Shown one piece after another: positions 37,777-47,865 of a DNA stretch of 64,000 bases (positions are counted from its first letter, which is position 1; every line of letters begins with the position of its first letter). The position numbers and the translations under genes are program-made. The stretch lies in NCBI GenBank assembly GCA_049322915.1, contig JBMOPW010000014.1:733527-797526 (forward strand). Reading direction: 5' to 3'. Below the pieces are notes generated by a model. It worked only from the letters and a program-made list of their open reading frames with translations, made no database searches and was not told the DNA's origin. Source of the stretch: Candidatus Zhuqueibacterota bacterium. GTDB taxonomy: Bacteria > Zhuqueibacterota > Zhuqueibacteria > Thermofontimicrobiales > Thermofontimicrobiaceae.

Positions 37777-40053
37777 TCAAGGAGTATTTGGAAGCGCCCG
37801 ATGCATCTGGTCCAACGCCCCGACCATCGCTTTTTTGACCGCTTCATCGGTTTCACGATTTGCAGCAGCTTCCAAATCGGGCACGGCCGGGATATAATCC
37901 AACTCGAGAATCAGGCCAGCGGCAGCCTTGCGGATTTCCGGGTCGTCATCGCGCAGCCGGCCGGGCAGCCACTGGAAAAAATCCCGAGAGCCCATCTCCG
38001 TCAGCGCCTTCATGGCCGCCAGTTTTTCCGCGGTATCGGGCGAAATGAGTTTTCGCAGCAAGCTGGTCTCCTGTTTCACCCAATCCCCGGTGAACAGAAT
38101 TTCGTCGGAAAATCGATCCGGCTTCACCCACAGCGACGCATAGTCGAAAGTCGCCCGAGCGGCAGCCGAACGAACCATGCGGGGGACAATCCATCGCGCG
38201 CCGGGCGTTGATTCCGGGTGTCCGGCGCAGAGCACCGCCTTGCCTGTGCCGTAGGACGCCTCCAGTAAAAATGTCGAGCCGGGCATCTTTCCCGGGGGCG
38301 CGTCGTTGGTCAGATGCACATCGGATTGGAAATGAGCCAACGCCGCATAATCTGCCAATTGCGGATTCTGGCCCGGAGACAAAAGCGGGCCATTGGCGTA
38401 ATAACACCGGACAATTGTCCCGGGGTTATATTCTTTGAGCAGGCGCGAACCGGCCGGCGTCAATTCGATGTTCACCAGGCTTTTCCCGCGCTCGTAATGC
38501 TCCCGGTCGATGACATGGGCGTCGGCCAGGCCCAGCCGCCAGTCATAGTCCGGGTGGTCGGAGCCGAGATACGCGCCGGCGCAAATGCCAACATAGCCGC
38601 CGCCATGGGCGACAAATTCGCGGACATTTTTTCGGCCAATGTCGCCGAGACTGCCCGCCTGCCTGCTGCCACTGCCGCCGGGAAAAACCACTGCGTCGAG
38701 ATTGTCCAGCGCAGCATTGGCGATATCCACGCCGCTGAGCGTTCGGATTTCCATCTCCGGATCCAAGCTGAGCGCGGCGATGGTCTCTGACACGCATTTC
38801 TGATCCGCGCCAAAATCAGCGTACACGCCGACGCGGATGGGCTTGATTTTCTCTTGCAGCGACTGTCGCACGCGCTGAATTGCGCTGAATGCGCGCTGCG
38901 CCATGCGCTGGTGAAAGCCGGCCACTTCCACTTCGGTTGGGTAATTGGCGCGCCATTGAGCCAGAAGCGTTTCAGTCTCATGAAAAATACTGTCCTCGGC
39001 CGGGTAGGTCGTCTCCCAGATGTCCGCCAGTAACTCGGTCTTCAGGAATCTGCTTTTTTCGCCAAAGTCATAATAGACCCGCTTTTTGATGTCGTTCACG
39101 CCGGAGCAGAGGGGACTGTTCGGCTCATTGTCCAGCGACCCGGCAGTTTTTTGAGCGATGACCCAGCAGGGCACAGCGACGGAAAGAATTGGCTCGCCGA
39201 GCACGGCCCAGAACGTGGTGAGCGAGGGATTTTCACGGGTCAGAACGCCGTGGCACACGACCGCGGAAACAGTGGACCAGCGATTGATGGTGGTTTCGGT
39301 GAGGATCGTCCCGGCCGGATTCTCTCCGATTTTTTCGCGCAACGGAATTGAGTAGGGCGCCCCGCTCTCATCAGCCAGATCCCGGGCCACCTCCCGCAGC
39401 AGAAATTCAACGGAGAGTTCGTTTCGCTGCACTGCTTTTTTCCAGAGCATGTCGCCGCGGAGAAAGCGGGTCCTGCCGCCGGACCCGCCGCCGGTCTCTG
39501 CAAAATTTGACCGGACAATATAGCCGTACGGCGCGATGTTCCTGTCATTGGCATCGAATCGCGTGTAAGAATAATTGCCAGTTTCGAAAAACACAGCGCC
39601 GCCGAACGCATCGATGACGCCAAAATTGGCATTCGTCTGCCGACCCTGAGTGTTGGTGCGAATCAGAAGCTGCTCAAAATTTCTTGCGGTCACACAGGTT
39701 TGCAGCGCTTTTTTCATGATCTCGCCATTGTCCATGCCGGACTTTGAATGGCCCTCCAGATCGCGGGACGCTGAATTGATGATGCAGAATCCCATTTCAT
39801 TGGCGCCGGCCCAGATATGCTGCGAATGGCCAGCCGTGGTGATGGCGATGTATTTGAAACGGCCATCTTCGAAATAGGCGACCTCGTTGTTCGGCGCATC
39901 GGCGTCGCGATTTTTCCACAACAGGGGCCGTCCGTCTGCAGTCGCGGAACCGCTGGCGACTCCCACTGTACATTCTTCCGGCAATTCCTGACTCGTCGCC
40001 GGAACAGGGAACAGGATGAGGCAGAAAAGCAGGCCAATCATGAACGCGCGCAT
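37777..40053 (-). CDS. secreted Ntn-hydrolase (C45-like) + BPL_N/GATase-like + HEAT-repeat fusion
   Basis: Signal peptide, CTVGV...DGRPLLWKNRD; FPGG, GICAGAY, GHPE; LRDDDPEIRKAAA. Confidence 0.78.
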   Translation of the reverse strand: MRAFMIGLLFCLILFPVPATSQELPEECTVGVASGSATADGRPLLWKNRDADAPNNEVAYFEDGRFKYIAITTAGHSQHIWAGANEMGFCIINSASRDLEGHSKSGMDNGEIMKKALQTCVTARNFEQLLIRTNTQGRQTNANFGVIDAFGGAVFFETGNYSYTRFDANDRNIAPYGYIVRSNFAETGGGSGGRTRFLRGDMLWKKAVQRNELSVEFLLREVARDLADESGAPYSIPLREKIGENPAGTILTETTINRWSTVSAVVCHGVLTRENPSLTTFWAVLGEPILSVAVPCWVIAQKTAGSLDNEPNSPLCSGVNDIKKRVYYDFGEKSRFLKTELLADIWETTYPAEDSIFHETETLLAQWRANYPTEVEVAGFHQRMAQRAFSAIQRVRQSLQEKIKPIRVGVYADFGADQKCVSETIAALSLDPEMEIRTLSGVDIANAALDNLDAVVFPGGSGSRQAGSLGDIGRKNVREFVAHGGGYVGICAGAYLGSDHPDYDWRLGLADAHVIDREHYERGKSLVNIELTPAGSRLLKEYNPGTIVRCYYANGPLLSPGQNPQLADYAALAHFQSDVHLTNDAPPGKMPGSTFLLEASYGTGKAVLCAGHPESTPGARWIVPRMVRSAAARATFDYASLWVKPDRFSDEILFTGDWVKQETSLLRKLISPDTAEKLAAMKALTEMGSRDFFQWLPGRLRDDDPEIRKAAAGLILELDYIPAVPDLEAAANRETDEAVKKAMVGALDQMHRALPNTP

Positions 40054-40095
40054 GTGTTTTTATCCTCCTGACTGATGTGTAAGCAAGATTTTCTA

Positions 40096-40124
40096 TTGAC
40101 TTTTTTCCCGAACTGTTTTATATT
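40096..40124 (+). promoter_or_regulatory. sigma70-type promoter
   Basis: TTGACT-N17-TATATT. Confidence 0.55.
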
Positions 40125-40197
40125 GATTAACTGATTAATTTAAAAAAAGATAATAAACTCATCGAAAAGATGCAAGCACTTTGAAAAAAAATTATTC

Positions 40198-41124
40198 ATG
40201 AATGCCCCTGTGCTGAAATGGCTTCTCGATGGCGACGCATCCATTCGCTGGCAGGTGTTGCGGGACATCGTTCGGGCTGACCCGGCGAGGGTCGCTTCGG
40301 AGCGGGAGAAAGTCGCTGCGACCGGCTGGGGCGCGGCATTGCTGGCCTGGCAGGAATCTTCCGGAATGTGGGGCCACGGGTTGTACTCGCCGAAATGGAT
40401 TTCCACCACATACACGCTGCTGGCGCTGCGGCATCTTGGCCTGTCGCCCGACAACGGGCAGGCGCAGAAGGCGTGTCAGTTATTGCTGGATCGCGGCTTC
40501 TACCCGGACGGCGGCGTCAACCTGTTCGCGTCATTGGATCATAGCGAAACGTGCGTGACAGGGATGATCCTTTCGTTGGTGGCTTATTTCAAATCCGGGG
40601 ATGAGCGCATGCATCGGCTTGTGGAGTTCCTGCTGGACCAGCAAATGGCAGATGGCGGCTGGAACTGTGAGTCGTTCCGAGGCGCGCGGCACAGCTCGTT
40701 TCACACGACGATTTCCGCGCTGGAAGGATTGCTGGAGTACGAAAATTTTCACCCGGGACGAGTCGCTGAATTGGCCGCAGCCCAACAACGCGGCAGGGAA
40801 TTTCTGCTGATTCATCGGCTGTATAAATCGCACCGGACCGGCCAGGTGGTCAATCCTGTGTTCACGCGGCTGTCCTTTCCGCCGCGCTGGCATTACGACA
40901 TCTTGCGGGCGCTGGATTATTTTCGGGAGGCTGGCGCAGTTCGCGATGAGCGGCTGGGCGACGCCATCGAAATCGTCCGGACCAGGCAGGACAAAGACGG
41001 GCGCTTGCCCCTGCAAAATCGCCATCCCGGCCGTACATTTTTTGAAATGGAAACGCCGGGTCAACCGAGCCGGTGGAATACCCTGCGCGCCATGCGCGTG
41101 CTGGACTGGTGGGAGGCGCGATGA
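40198..41124 (+). CDS. prenyltransferase/squalene-cyclase-repeat-like protein
   Basis: QW-like repeats LLDQQMADGGWNC, QESSGMW; FPPRWHYDILRALDY. Confidence 0.7.
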   Translation: MNAPVLKWLLDGDASIRWQVLRDIVRADPARVASEREKVAATGWGAALLAWQESSGMWGHGLYSPKWISTTYTLLALRHLGLSPDNGQAQKACQLLLDRGFYPDGGVNLFASLDHSETCVTGMILSLVAYFKSGDERMHRLVEFLLDQQMADGGWNCESFRGARHSSFHTTISALEGLLEYENFHPGRVAELAAAQQRGREFLLIHRLYKSHRTGQVVNPVFTRLSFPPRWHYDILRALDYFREAGAVRDERLGDAIEIVRTRQDKDGRLPLQNRHPGRTFFEMETPGQPSRWNTLRAMRVLDWWEAR

Positions 41125-41513
41125 AGGGGCTTTCGAGACGACAGTTTGGGACGCTGATATCCATCCTGCTCATTACGCCCATTGGCTTTTACAGCAAATT
41201 CTACCGCGGCCCGGCTGCTCACTGGGTCAACGATTCTCTGGGAGGCCTGTTCTATGAAATTTTTTGGTGTCTGGTTCTGTACCTGTTTTTCAGCCAAAGC
41301 AAACCGTGGCTGATTGCATCGGTTGTGTTTTTTGCCACGTGCGGGCTGGAATTTCTGCAATTGTGGCGCCCACCGTTTTTAGAATACCTGCGCGGCTACT
41401 TCATCGGAGCGACCATTTTGGGCACGTCGTTCATCTGGACGGATTTCCCGTATTACGCGGCCGGCAGCGTTCTCGGGTGGCTGTGGGTTAAGAAGATTAG
41501 GGATCATACTTGA
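41121..41513 (+). CDS. DUF2809 family membrane protein
   Basis: LEFLQLW...ILGTSFIWTD motif; ATGA overlap. Confidence 0.75.
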   Translation: MKGLSRRQFGTLISILLITPIGFYSKFYRGPAAHWVNDSLGGLFYEIFWCLVLYLFFSQSKPWLIASVVFFATCGLEFLQLWRPPFLEYLRGYFIGATILGTSFIWTDFPYYAAGSVLGWLWVKKIRDHT

Positions 41514-41570
41514 TTTATGATCGCTCGGCATGTTTATGCCGAGCGGCTGATGGATTTAGCATATTAATTT

Positions 41571-41697
41571 GAATGACCAGTTGAAATCATGTGGTAATAA
41601 ATTCGATACTTTTTTGTATCTGTAATGGACGGTCGCGACCGTCCACTACGCGTACGTCCAATAATAATATAGGCGCAAATCTATTAACGGGTCATTC
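41571..41697. repeat. REP-containing element, copy 2 (inverted)
   Basis: GTAATGGACGGTCGCGACCGTCCACTAC core; perfect GAATGACC/GGTCATTC ends. Confidence 0.8.
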
Positions 41698-41830
41698 GTA
41701 TTATTAATGCTTATTCATTAAGACTGATAGTCCGTATGGGGACAAAAGTCCCGGTTCATTTCCCGTTCTGACAAATGTCCGGAACGATCGGAATTGTCTG
41801 ACCAAATAACCAAAACCACGAGGTAGTTCT

Positions 41831-43987
41831 ATGAGAAAACGCGTGTTGCTATGGCTGGCTCTGTTCGTAACAGCGAACCTGGCTGCCGCCCTGGCCGACG
41901 AGGGCATGTGGCCCATCAGCGAAATTCACAAACTGGATCTGAAGGGCAAGGGCATGAAACTGAAACCGCTGGAGCTGTACAATCCCAATGGCGTCAGTCT
42001 GATCGATGGCATTTGTAACGTGGGCGGCTGCACCGGCTCGTTTATCTCGCCCCAGGGCCTCATTCTAACCAATCACCATTGCGCCTACGACGCGGTTCAA
42101 TCCGCCAGCAGCAAAACGAACGATTACATCCGGAACGGATTTCTGGCCCGAAACAGGTCCGAAGAAATCCAGGCAAAAGGCTACACGGTTCGGATCACGG
42201 ACTCGTATCGCGATGTGTCCGGCGAGGTGCTCGGCGTTGTGAGCGACGAGATGGATATGGCGCAGCGCACCAAAGCCGTGGAGCGGAAGATAAAGGAGAT
42301 CGTCAAACAGGCCGAAGAAGAATTCCCCGGCAAGCGGGCCGAAGTGGCTGAAATGTTCATCGGCAAAACCTATGTGCTGTTCATGTACACGTATCTCAAA
42401 GACGTTCGGCTGGTGTATGCGCCGCCGCGCTCCATTGGCGAATTTGGCGGTGAAGAGGACAACTGGGTCTGGCCGCGCCACACCGGCGATTTCTCTTTCA
42501 TTCGCGCCTATGTCGCGCCGGACGGTTCCTCGGCGGATTACGCCCCGGAGAATGTGCCGTACACGCCAAAAAAGTATTTGAAAGTCGCGCCCGAAGGGGT
42601 GAACGAAGAAGATTTTGTTTTCATCCTCGGCTATCCCGGCCGCACCTTCCGGCATCAGACATCGCATTACCTGGCCTTTGAGGAAGAGATCCGCATGCCC
42701 TATGTGGTGCAGTGGTATCAGTGGCAGATTGCGGTGATGGACGAAATGGGCAAAGGGGACCGCGCCGTGGCGCTGAAGCATTTATCGCGAATCAAGGGGC
42801 TGTCCAACACGGAAAAAAACTATCGCGGCAAACTCATTGGATTGAAGCGAATGAAGCTGGTCGATCGGAAGCGCAGCGAAGAACAGGCCTTGCAGCAGTA
42901 CATCGATGCGGACGCGGCGCGAAAAGCCAGGTACGGCGCACTGCTGTCCGACATCAGCGCCATTTACCATGAGAAGAGCGAATTGGCCGGGCAGGAAATG
43001 GTGCTGGGCTATTTGACTCGCAGTTCGAATTTGCTGACTTACGCCTACGCGGCCTACGAGTCAGCCATCGAGCGGCAGAAGCAGGACGTGGAACGGAGCT
43101 CGGCCTACATGGATCGTAATTTCGAGCGCACGAAACAGCGGCTGTTCCTCTCGCTGGAAGATTATTACGAGCCCGGCGATAAGGTCATTTTCAGGGAGAT
43201 GATGCTGCGCGCAGCGCAGTTGCCTGAGGGACAAAAAATTCCGGCCATCGACGCGATCGTAGCCAGAAAGGCGGATATTGCCGCAGCCATCGATGCGTTC
43301 ATCGACGACGCCTACGCCCGGTCGCAGTTGGCGGATGAGAGCTATCTGAAAGCGGCGCTGAACAAAAATCCGGAGGAGATTGCGGCCGAAGCTGATCCAT
43401 TCATTCATCTCGCAGCCGGACTTTATCCGACCTATCAGGAACTCAAAAAGAAGGACGAAGCCCGCAGCGGCGCCATGGACAAATTGTATGCGCAACTGAT
43501 TGACATCAAAAAAGAATTCCTTTCAGCCGATTTTGTGCCGGATGCCAATGGCACGCTGCGCCTGACGTACGGCCGTGTCCGGGGGTATTCGCCGCGGGAT
43601 GGCGTGTATTTTCATCCCATCACAACTGTGGCCGGCGTGCTTGAAAAGACGACCGGGGAAGAGCCGTTCGATACGCCGGACAAGTTGCTGCAACTGGCCG
43701 GGCAGCGGGATTTCAGCCGATTTGAAAATCCCCGGCTGAAGAGCGTGCCGGTGGCGCTTCTGTACAACATGGACACGACCGGGGGCAATTCCGGCAGCCC
43801 GGTGCTCAATGCCAATGGCGAACTGGTGGGCGTCAATTTCGATCGCGCGTTTGAAGCGACCATCAATGATTACGCCTGGAGCGAGGATTACAGTCGCTCC
43901 ATTGCTGTGGACATCCGCTACGTCCTGTGGGTCGCGCAGAAATTCGGTCAGGCCGGTCATCTGCTGAAGGAGATGGGCGTGAAATAA
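41831..43987 (+). CDS. S46 family dipeptidyl peptidase
   Basis: ADEGMWP, TNHHC, WPRHTGDF, TGGNSGSPV, GVNFDR. Confidence 0.95.
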   Translation: MRKRVLLWLALFVTANLAAALADEGMWPISEIHKLDLKGKGMKLKPLELYNPNGVSLIDGICNVGGCTGSFISPQGLILTNHHCAYDAVQSASSKTNDYIRNGFLARNRSEEIQAKGYTVRITDSYRDVSGEVLGVVSDEMDMAQRTKAVERKIKEIVKQAEEEFPGKRAEVAEMFIGKTYVLFMYTYLKDVRLVYAPPRSIGEFGGEEDNWVWPRHTGDFSFIRAYVAPDGSSADYAPENVPYTPKKYLKVAPEGVNEEDFVFILGYPGRTFRHQTSHYLAFEEEIRMPYVVQWYQWQIAVMDEMGKGDRAVALKHLSRIKGLSNTEKNYRGKLIGLKRMKLVDRKRSEEQALQQYIDADAARKARYGALLSDISAIYHEKSELAGQEMVLGYLTRSSNLLTYAYAAYESAIERQKQDVERSSAYMDRNFERTKQRLFLSLEDYYEPGDKVIFREMMLRAAQLPEGQKIPAIDAIVARKADIAAAIDAFIDDAYARSQLADESYLKAALNKNPEEIAAEADPFIHLAAGLYPTYQELKKKDEARSGAMDKLYAQLIDIKKEFLSADFVPDANGTLRLTYGRVRGYSPRDGVYFHPITTVAGVLEKTTGEEPFDTPDKLLQLAGQRDFSRFENPRLKSVPVALLYNMDTTGGNSGSPVLNANGELVGVNFDRAFEATINDYAWSEDYSRSIAVDIRYVLWVAQKFGQAGHLLKEMGVK

Positions 43988-44108
43988 TTTCAGTCACCGG
44001 AACATTGAAAATTACAGGGGTGATGCAGTGGACGGTCGGGAAGGCGACAGGGCTCATCCCGATATTCGTGCAATCATCGAAAAATATACATCATTCAAGG
44101 AGAATGCT

Positions 44109-46145
44109 ATGGGAAAAAAAGTGGTCTGTGTCTTGTTAGGTTTGAGTGTGTGGGTTGTCGCGGCTTTTGCCGGAGATACCCACCCGTTTTCTGTTCACGA
44201 TATGCTGGCGATGCAGCGCATCTCTGATCCCCAGGTTTCGCCTGACGGCAACCGGATTGTGTTTGGGCTGCGCACCACGGACATCGATGCCAATCGCGGC
44301 AGTACCGATTTGTGGCTGGTGAATGTGGACGGCAGCGACCTTCGCCGGCTCACCTCGCATCCGGCTGCTGAATTCAACGCGCGCTGGTCTGCCTGCGGCA
44401 AATTTATCTGGTTCCTTGCGACGCGTTCGGGCTCATCCCAGGTCTGGCGCATTCGCCTGGATGGCGGCGAGGCCGAGCAGTTCACGGACCTGCCTCTCGA
44501 CGCCGGCAATCTCGTGGTGTCGCCGGACGGCAACTATATCGCCTACACCCTGGATGTTTTTGTCGGAAAATGCATGCACTGCACCAAAAAGAAGCTGGAT
44601 AAAATCGAGGCCGGCAAAGCGACCGGGGTCATTTATGACCGGACATTCATCCGTCACTGGGACACCTGGATGGATGGCCGGCGTTCGCATCTCTTTGTGC
44701 AGTCAACCGGCGGCGGCGAACCGATTGATGTCATGAAAAATATGGACGCTGATGCCCCCTCCAAACCGTTCGGCGGTCCCGAGGAAATTGCCTTTGCCCC
44801 GGACGGAAAAGGCGTGGTGTTCACCGCCCGCAACGTAGGCAAGGAAGAACCCTGGTCCACGGATTTCGATCTGTATTACGCGCCCATCGATACCTCGAAA
44901 CCGTTGAACTGTTTGACCGAGAAAAATGAGGCGTGGGATACGGCGCCGTCATTTTCGCCGGACGGAAAGACACTGGCCTATCTGGCCATGACGCGGCCGC
45001 GCTACGAAGCCGATCGATTCCGGATTGTGCTGCATTCCTGGCCCCAGGGCGAGAAGCGCGTGCTCACTGAAGCATGGGATTTTTCTGCCTCACCAGTGAC
45101 CTGGTCCGGCGACGGCAAAACGATTTACACCACGGCGGCCAATGTCGGTCAAAATTCGCTGTTCGCCATCGATGTGGCCAGCGGTAAAGTCAGCGTTGTG
45201 GTTCGCGATGGCAACATCGCATCGCCGGCCGTTGCCGGCAAACGACTGGTTTTCGCCCTGGATCATTTGCAATCCCCGGTTGAGCTTTACTCCGTGAAAC
45301 CGGATGGCAAGGATATTCGCGCCATCACCCGGATCAATGCCGGGAAACTGGCTGCCTGCCGCATGGGCGATTATGAGCAATTCAGCTTCCCCGGCTGGAA
45401 CGATGAGACAGTCTACTGTTACGTGGTGAAGCCGGTTGATTTCGACGCCAATAAAAAATACCCGGTGGCCTTCCTCATTCATGGCGGCCCCCAGGGCTCA
45501 TTCGGCAATCATTTCCATTATCGCTGGAATCCCCAGGCTTACGCCGGGGCCGGTTACGCTGCGGTGATGGTCGATTTTCACGGCTCGACTGGTTACGGTC
45601 AGGCGTTCTGCGACGCCATTCGCGGCGACTGGGGCGGCAAGCCATTGGTGGATTTGCAGAAGGGACTGGCTGCTGCGCTGCAACGCTACTCCTGGATGGA
45701 TGGCGAGAAAGTCGGCGCGCTCGGCGCATCGTTCGGCGGATACATGATCAATTGGATCGCCGGCAACTGGTCTGACCGCTTCCGCTGTCTGGTCAATCAC
45801 GATGGCAATCTGGACGAGCGCATCGCCTACTACGATACCGAAGAGCTGTGGTTCCCGGAGTGGGATCACGAGGGTACGCCCTGGACCAACCCGGAAGGTT
45901 ACGAGAAACACAATCCTGTCAATTTCGTTAAAAACTGGAAAACGCCCATGCTGGTTGTCCACGGCGGCCGCGATTTTCGCGTTGTTGAAACCCAGGGCAT
46001 TTCCACGTTCAATGCGTTGCAGCGGCTCGGCATTGAAAGCAAATTTCTCTATTTCCCAGATGAAAACCACTGGGTGTTGAAGCCGCACAATTCAATTTTG
46101 TGGCACGATACGGTGATCGGCTGGTTGGATCAATGGCTGAAATGA
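44109..46145 (+). CDS. S9 family peptidase (DPP5-like)
   Basis: Signal peptide, PD40-like propeller repeats, HGGPQ, GASFGG, DFRV, PDENH. Confidence 0.93.
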   Translation: MGKKVVCVLLGLSVWVVAAFAGDTHPFSVHDMLAMQRISDPQVSPDGNRIVFGLRTTDIDANRGSTDLWLVNVDGSDLRRLTSHPAAEFNARWSACGKFIWFLATRSGSSQVWRIRLDGGEAEQFTDLPLDAGNLVVSPDGNYIAYTLDVFVGKCMHCTKKKLDKIEAGKATGVIYDRTFIRHWDTWMDGRRSHLFVQSTGGGEPIDVMKNMDADAPSKPFGGPEEIAFAPDGKGVVFTARNVGKEEPWSTDFDLYYAPIDTSKPLNCLTEKNEAWDTAPSFSPDGKTLAYLAMTRPRYEADRFRIVLHSWPQGEKRVLTEAWDFSASPVTWSGDGKTIYTTAANVGQNSLFAIDVASGKVSVVVRDGNIASPAVAGKRLVFALDHLQSPVELYSVKPDGKDIRAITRINAGKLAACRMGDYEQFSFPGWNDETVYCYVVKPVDFDANKKYPVAFLIHGGPQGSFGNHFHYRWNPQAYAGAGYAAVMVDFHGSTGYGQAFCDAIRGDWGGKPLVDLQKGLAAALQRYSWMDGEKVGALGASFGGYMINWIAGNWSDRFRCLVNHDGNLDERIAYYDTEELWFPEWDHEGTPWTNPEGYEKHNPVNFVKNWKTPMLVVHGGRDFRVVETQGISTFNALQRLGIESKFLYFPDENHWVLKPHNSILWHDTVIGWLDQWLK

Positions 46146-46444
46146 TGAATCGCTGACCCGCTTCGTTGACCTGGCAATTTTCATAAAATTGGTGAAACTC
46201 ACCTGCGGCGCGCCGGACATTGCAAGAGGCTCGGCGGCCGCAGACGCTTTTTCAAGGAAGCGCTCCGGGGGAGTTCTTCTCAAAACCACGTCTCTGCAAG
46301 GGTTCGGTTTTGGCCCTGGATAAAATTCATGTCCGGCGCCTCGGCGCGTGATCAGGCAGCGTTCCTGACAAGGGAACATGAACTCCGCCGGAGCGTTTCA
46401 TTTAAACACGAAAAAAAAGTCTCGCAACCAGATTGGAGGTCCGT

Positions 46445-47791
46445 GTGGCGCACAGTGCATCGATCACCCGGCACATGATCGAGGGATTTCAAAAAGATTT
46501 TTTGAAAAATCCGATCAATCGGGTGCTGCAGAACTCCATTATCAAAAATGGAATTCAGGCCGTATCCCGCAACAACGATTCCGTCATCCGGAATCGCTAC
46601 TTATTTTCGCACGAGATCAAGACTGAAAAGATCACCTGGCAGCAGAAGAGCGGCCGATGCTGGCTGTTTGCCGGGCTGAATACGTTTCGGCAGAAGATAT
46701 CCGGCGAGTACAAAATAAAAGATTTTGAATTGTCCCAGAATTATCCCATGTTCTGGGATAAGCTGGAGAAGTCGAATTATTTTCTGGAAAATGTGCTGGC
46801 AACTCTCGACGAGGATGTTTACAGCCGGGTGTTCATGTGGCTGCGCGAGGCGCCGGTGCAGGATGGCGGCCAGTGGGATATGTTCGCCAATCTGGTGAAT
46901 AAATATGGCGTTGTGCCCAAGGACGTTATGCCGGAGACGTTTCACAGCGCGGACACGCTGCACATGGATCGGCTTCTCACGCTCAAGCTGCGCGACAATG
47001 CCGCAGCGTTGAGGAAGATGCACAAGGAGGGGAAAACCATCGAAGCGCTGCGCCATCAGAAAAAGGAGATGCTGAATGAAATCTACCGCATGGTCGCCTT
47101 TTTTCTGGGCAATCCACCAGACCGATTCGATTTCGAATTTCGGGATAAGGACGATAAATTTGTCCAGGATATGAATCTGACGCCGCACGACTTCTTCGAA
47201 AAATATGTCAAAGTGAATCTGGCTGATTTTGTCAGCATCATCAACGCGCCGACCGAGGATAAGCCGTTCAGCCGGACGTTCACCGTGCAATATCTGGGCA
47301 ATGTGACTGAAGGCAAACCGGTGCTCTATCTCAATGTGGATGTCGCGACGATGAAGCAACTGACGCTGGCCCAGATAAAAGACGGCGTACCGGTCTGGTT
47401 CGGCTGCGATGTGGGAAAGATGCTGGATAGCGAGATTGGCCTCATGGATTCGAAATTATTTCTCTATGAGCAGGCGCTGGGAGTGCCTTTCGGCCTGGAT
47501 AAGGCCGGGCGCCTGATGTACGGAGAGAGCAAACTGACCCATGCCATGGTTTTCACCGGCGTCAATCTGGTGAACGACGCGCCAACCCGCTGGAAGGTGG
47601 AAAATAGCTGGGGCGACAAACTTGGCAAAGAGGGCTATTTCATCATGAGCGATGAATGGTTTGATGAATTCAACTACCAGGTCGTGATCCATAAAAAATA
47701 TCTTTCCGACGCGCTCAAAAAGGCGCTGGATGAAACGCCGGTGGTGTTGCCGCCGTGGGATCCTATGGGTTCTCTGGCGATGATGCACTGA
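46445..47791 (+). CDS. pepC: aminopeptidase C (C1B, bleomycin hydrolase family)
   Basis: QQKSGRCWLFA, THAM, VENSWG, WDPMGSLA; GGAGG then GTG 46445. Confidence 0.95.
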   Translation: MAHSASITRHMIEGFQKDFLKNPINRVLQNSIIKNGIQAVSRNNDSVIRNRYLFSHEIKTEKITWQQKSGRCWLFAGLNTFRQKISGEYKIKDFELSQNYPMFWDKLEKSNYFLENVLATLDEDVYSRVFMWLREAPVQDGGQWDMFANLVNKYGVVPKDVMPETFHSADTLHMDRLLTLKLRDNAAALRKMHKEGKTIEALRHQKKEMLNEIYRMVAFFLGNPPDRFDFEFRDKDDKFVQDMNLTPHDFFEKYVKVNLADFVSIINAPTEDKPFSRTFTVQYLGNVTEGKPVLYLNVDVATMKQLTLAQIKDGVPVWFGCDVGKMLDSEIGLMDSKLFLYEQALGVPFGLDKAGRLMYGESKLTHAMVFTGVNLVNDAPTRWKVENSWGDKLGKEGYFIMSDEWFDEFNYQVVIHKKYLSDALKKALDETPVVLPPWDPMGSLAMMH

Positions 47792-47865
47792 TCGCCGCGC
47801 CGGGCATGCCCCGGAATCAGCATGTCGGTGCACGCATCGAATAACATTTAACAGAGGGAGATGGT

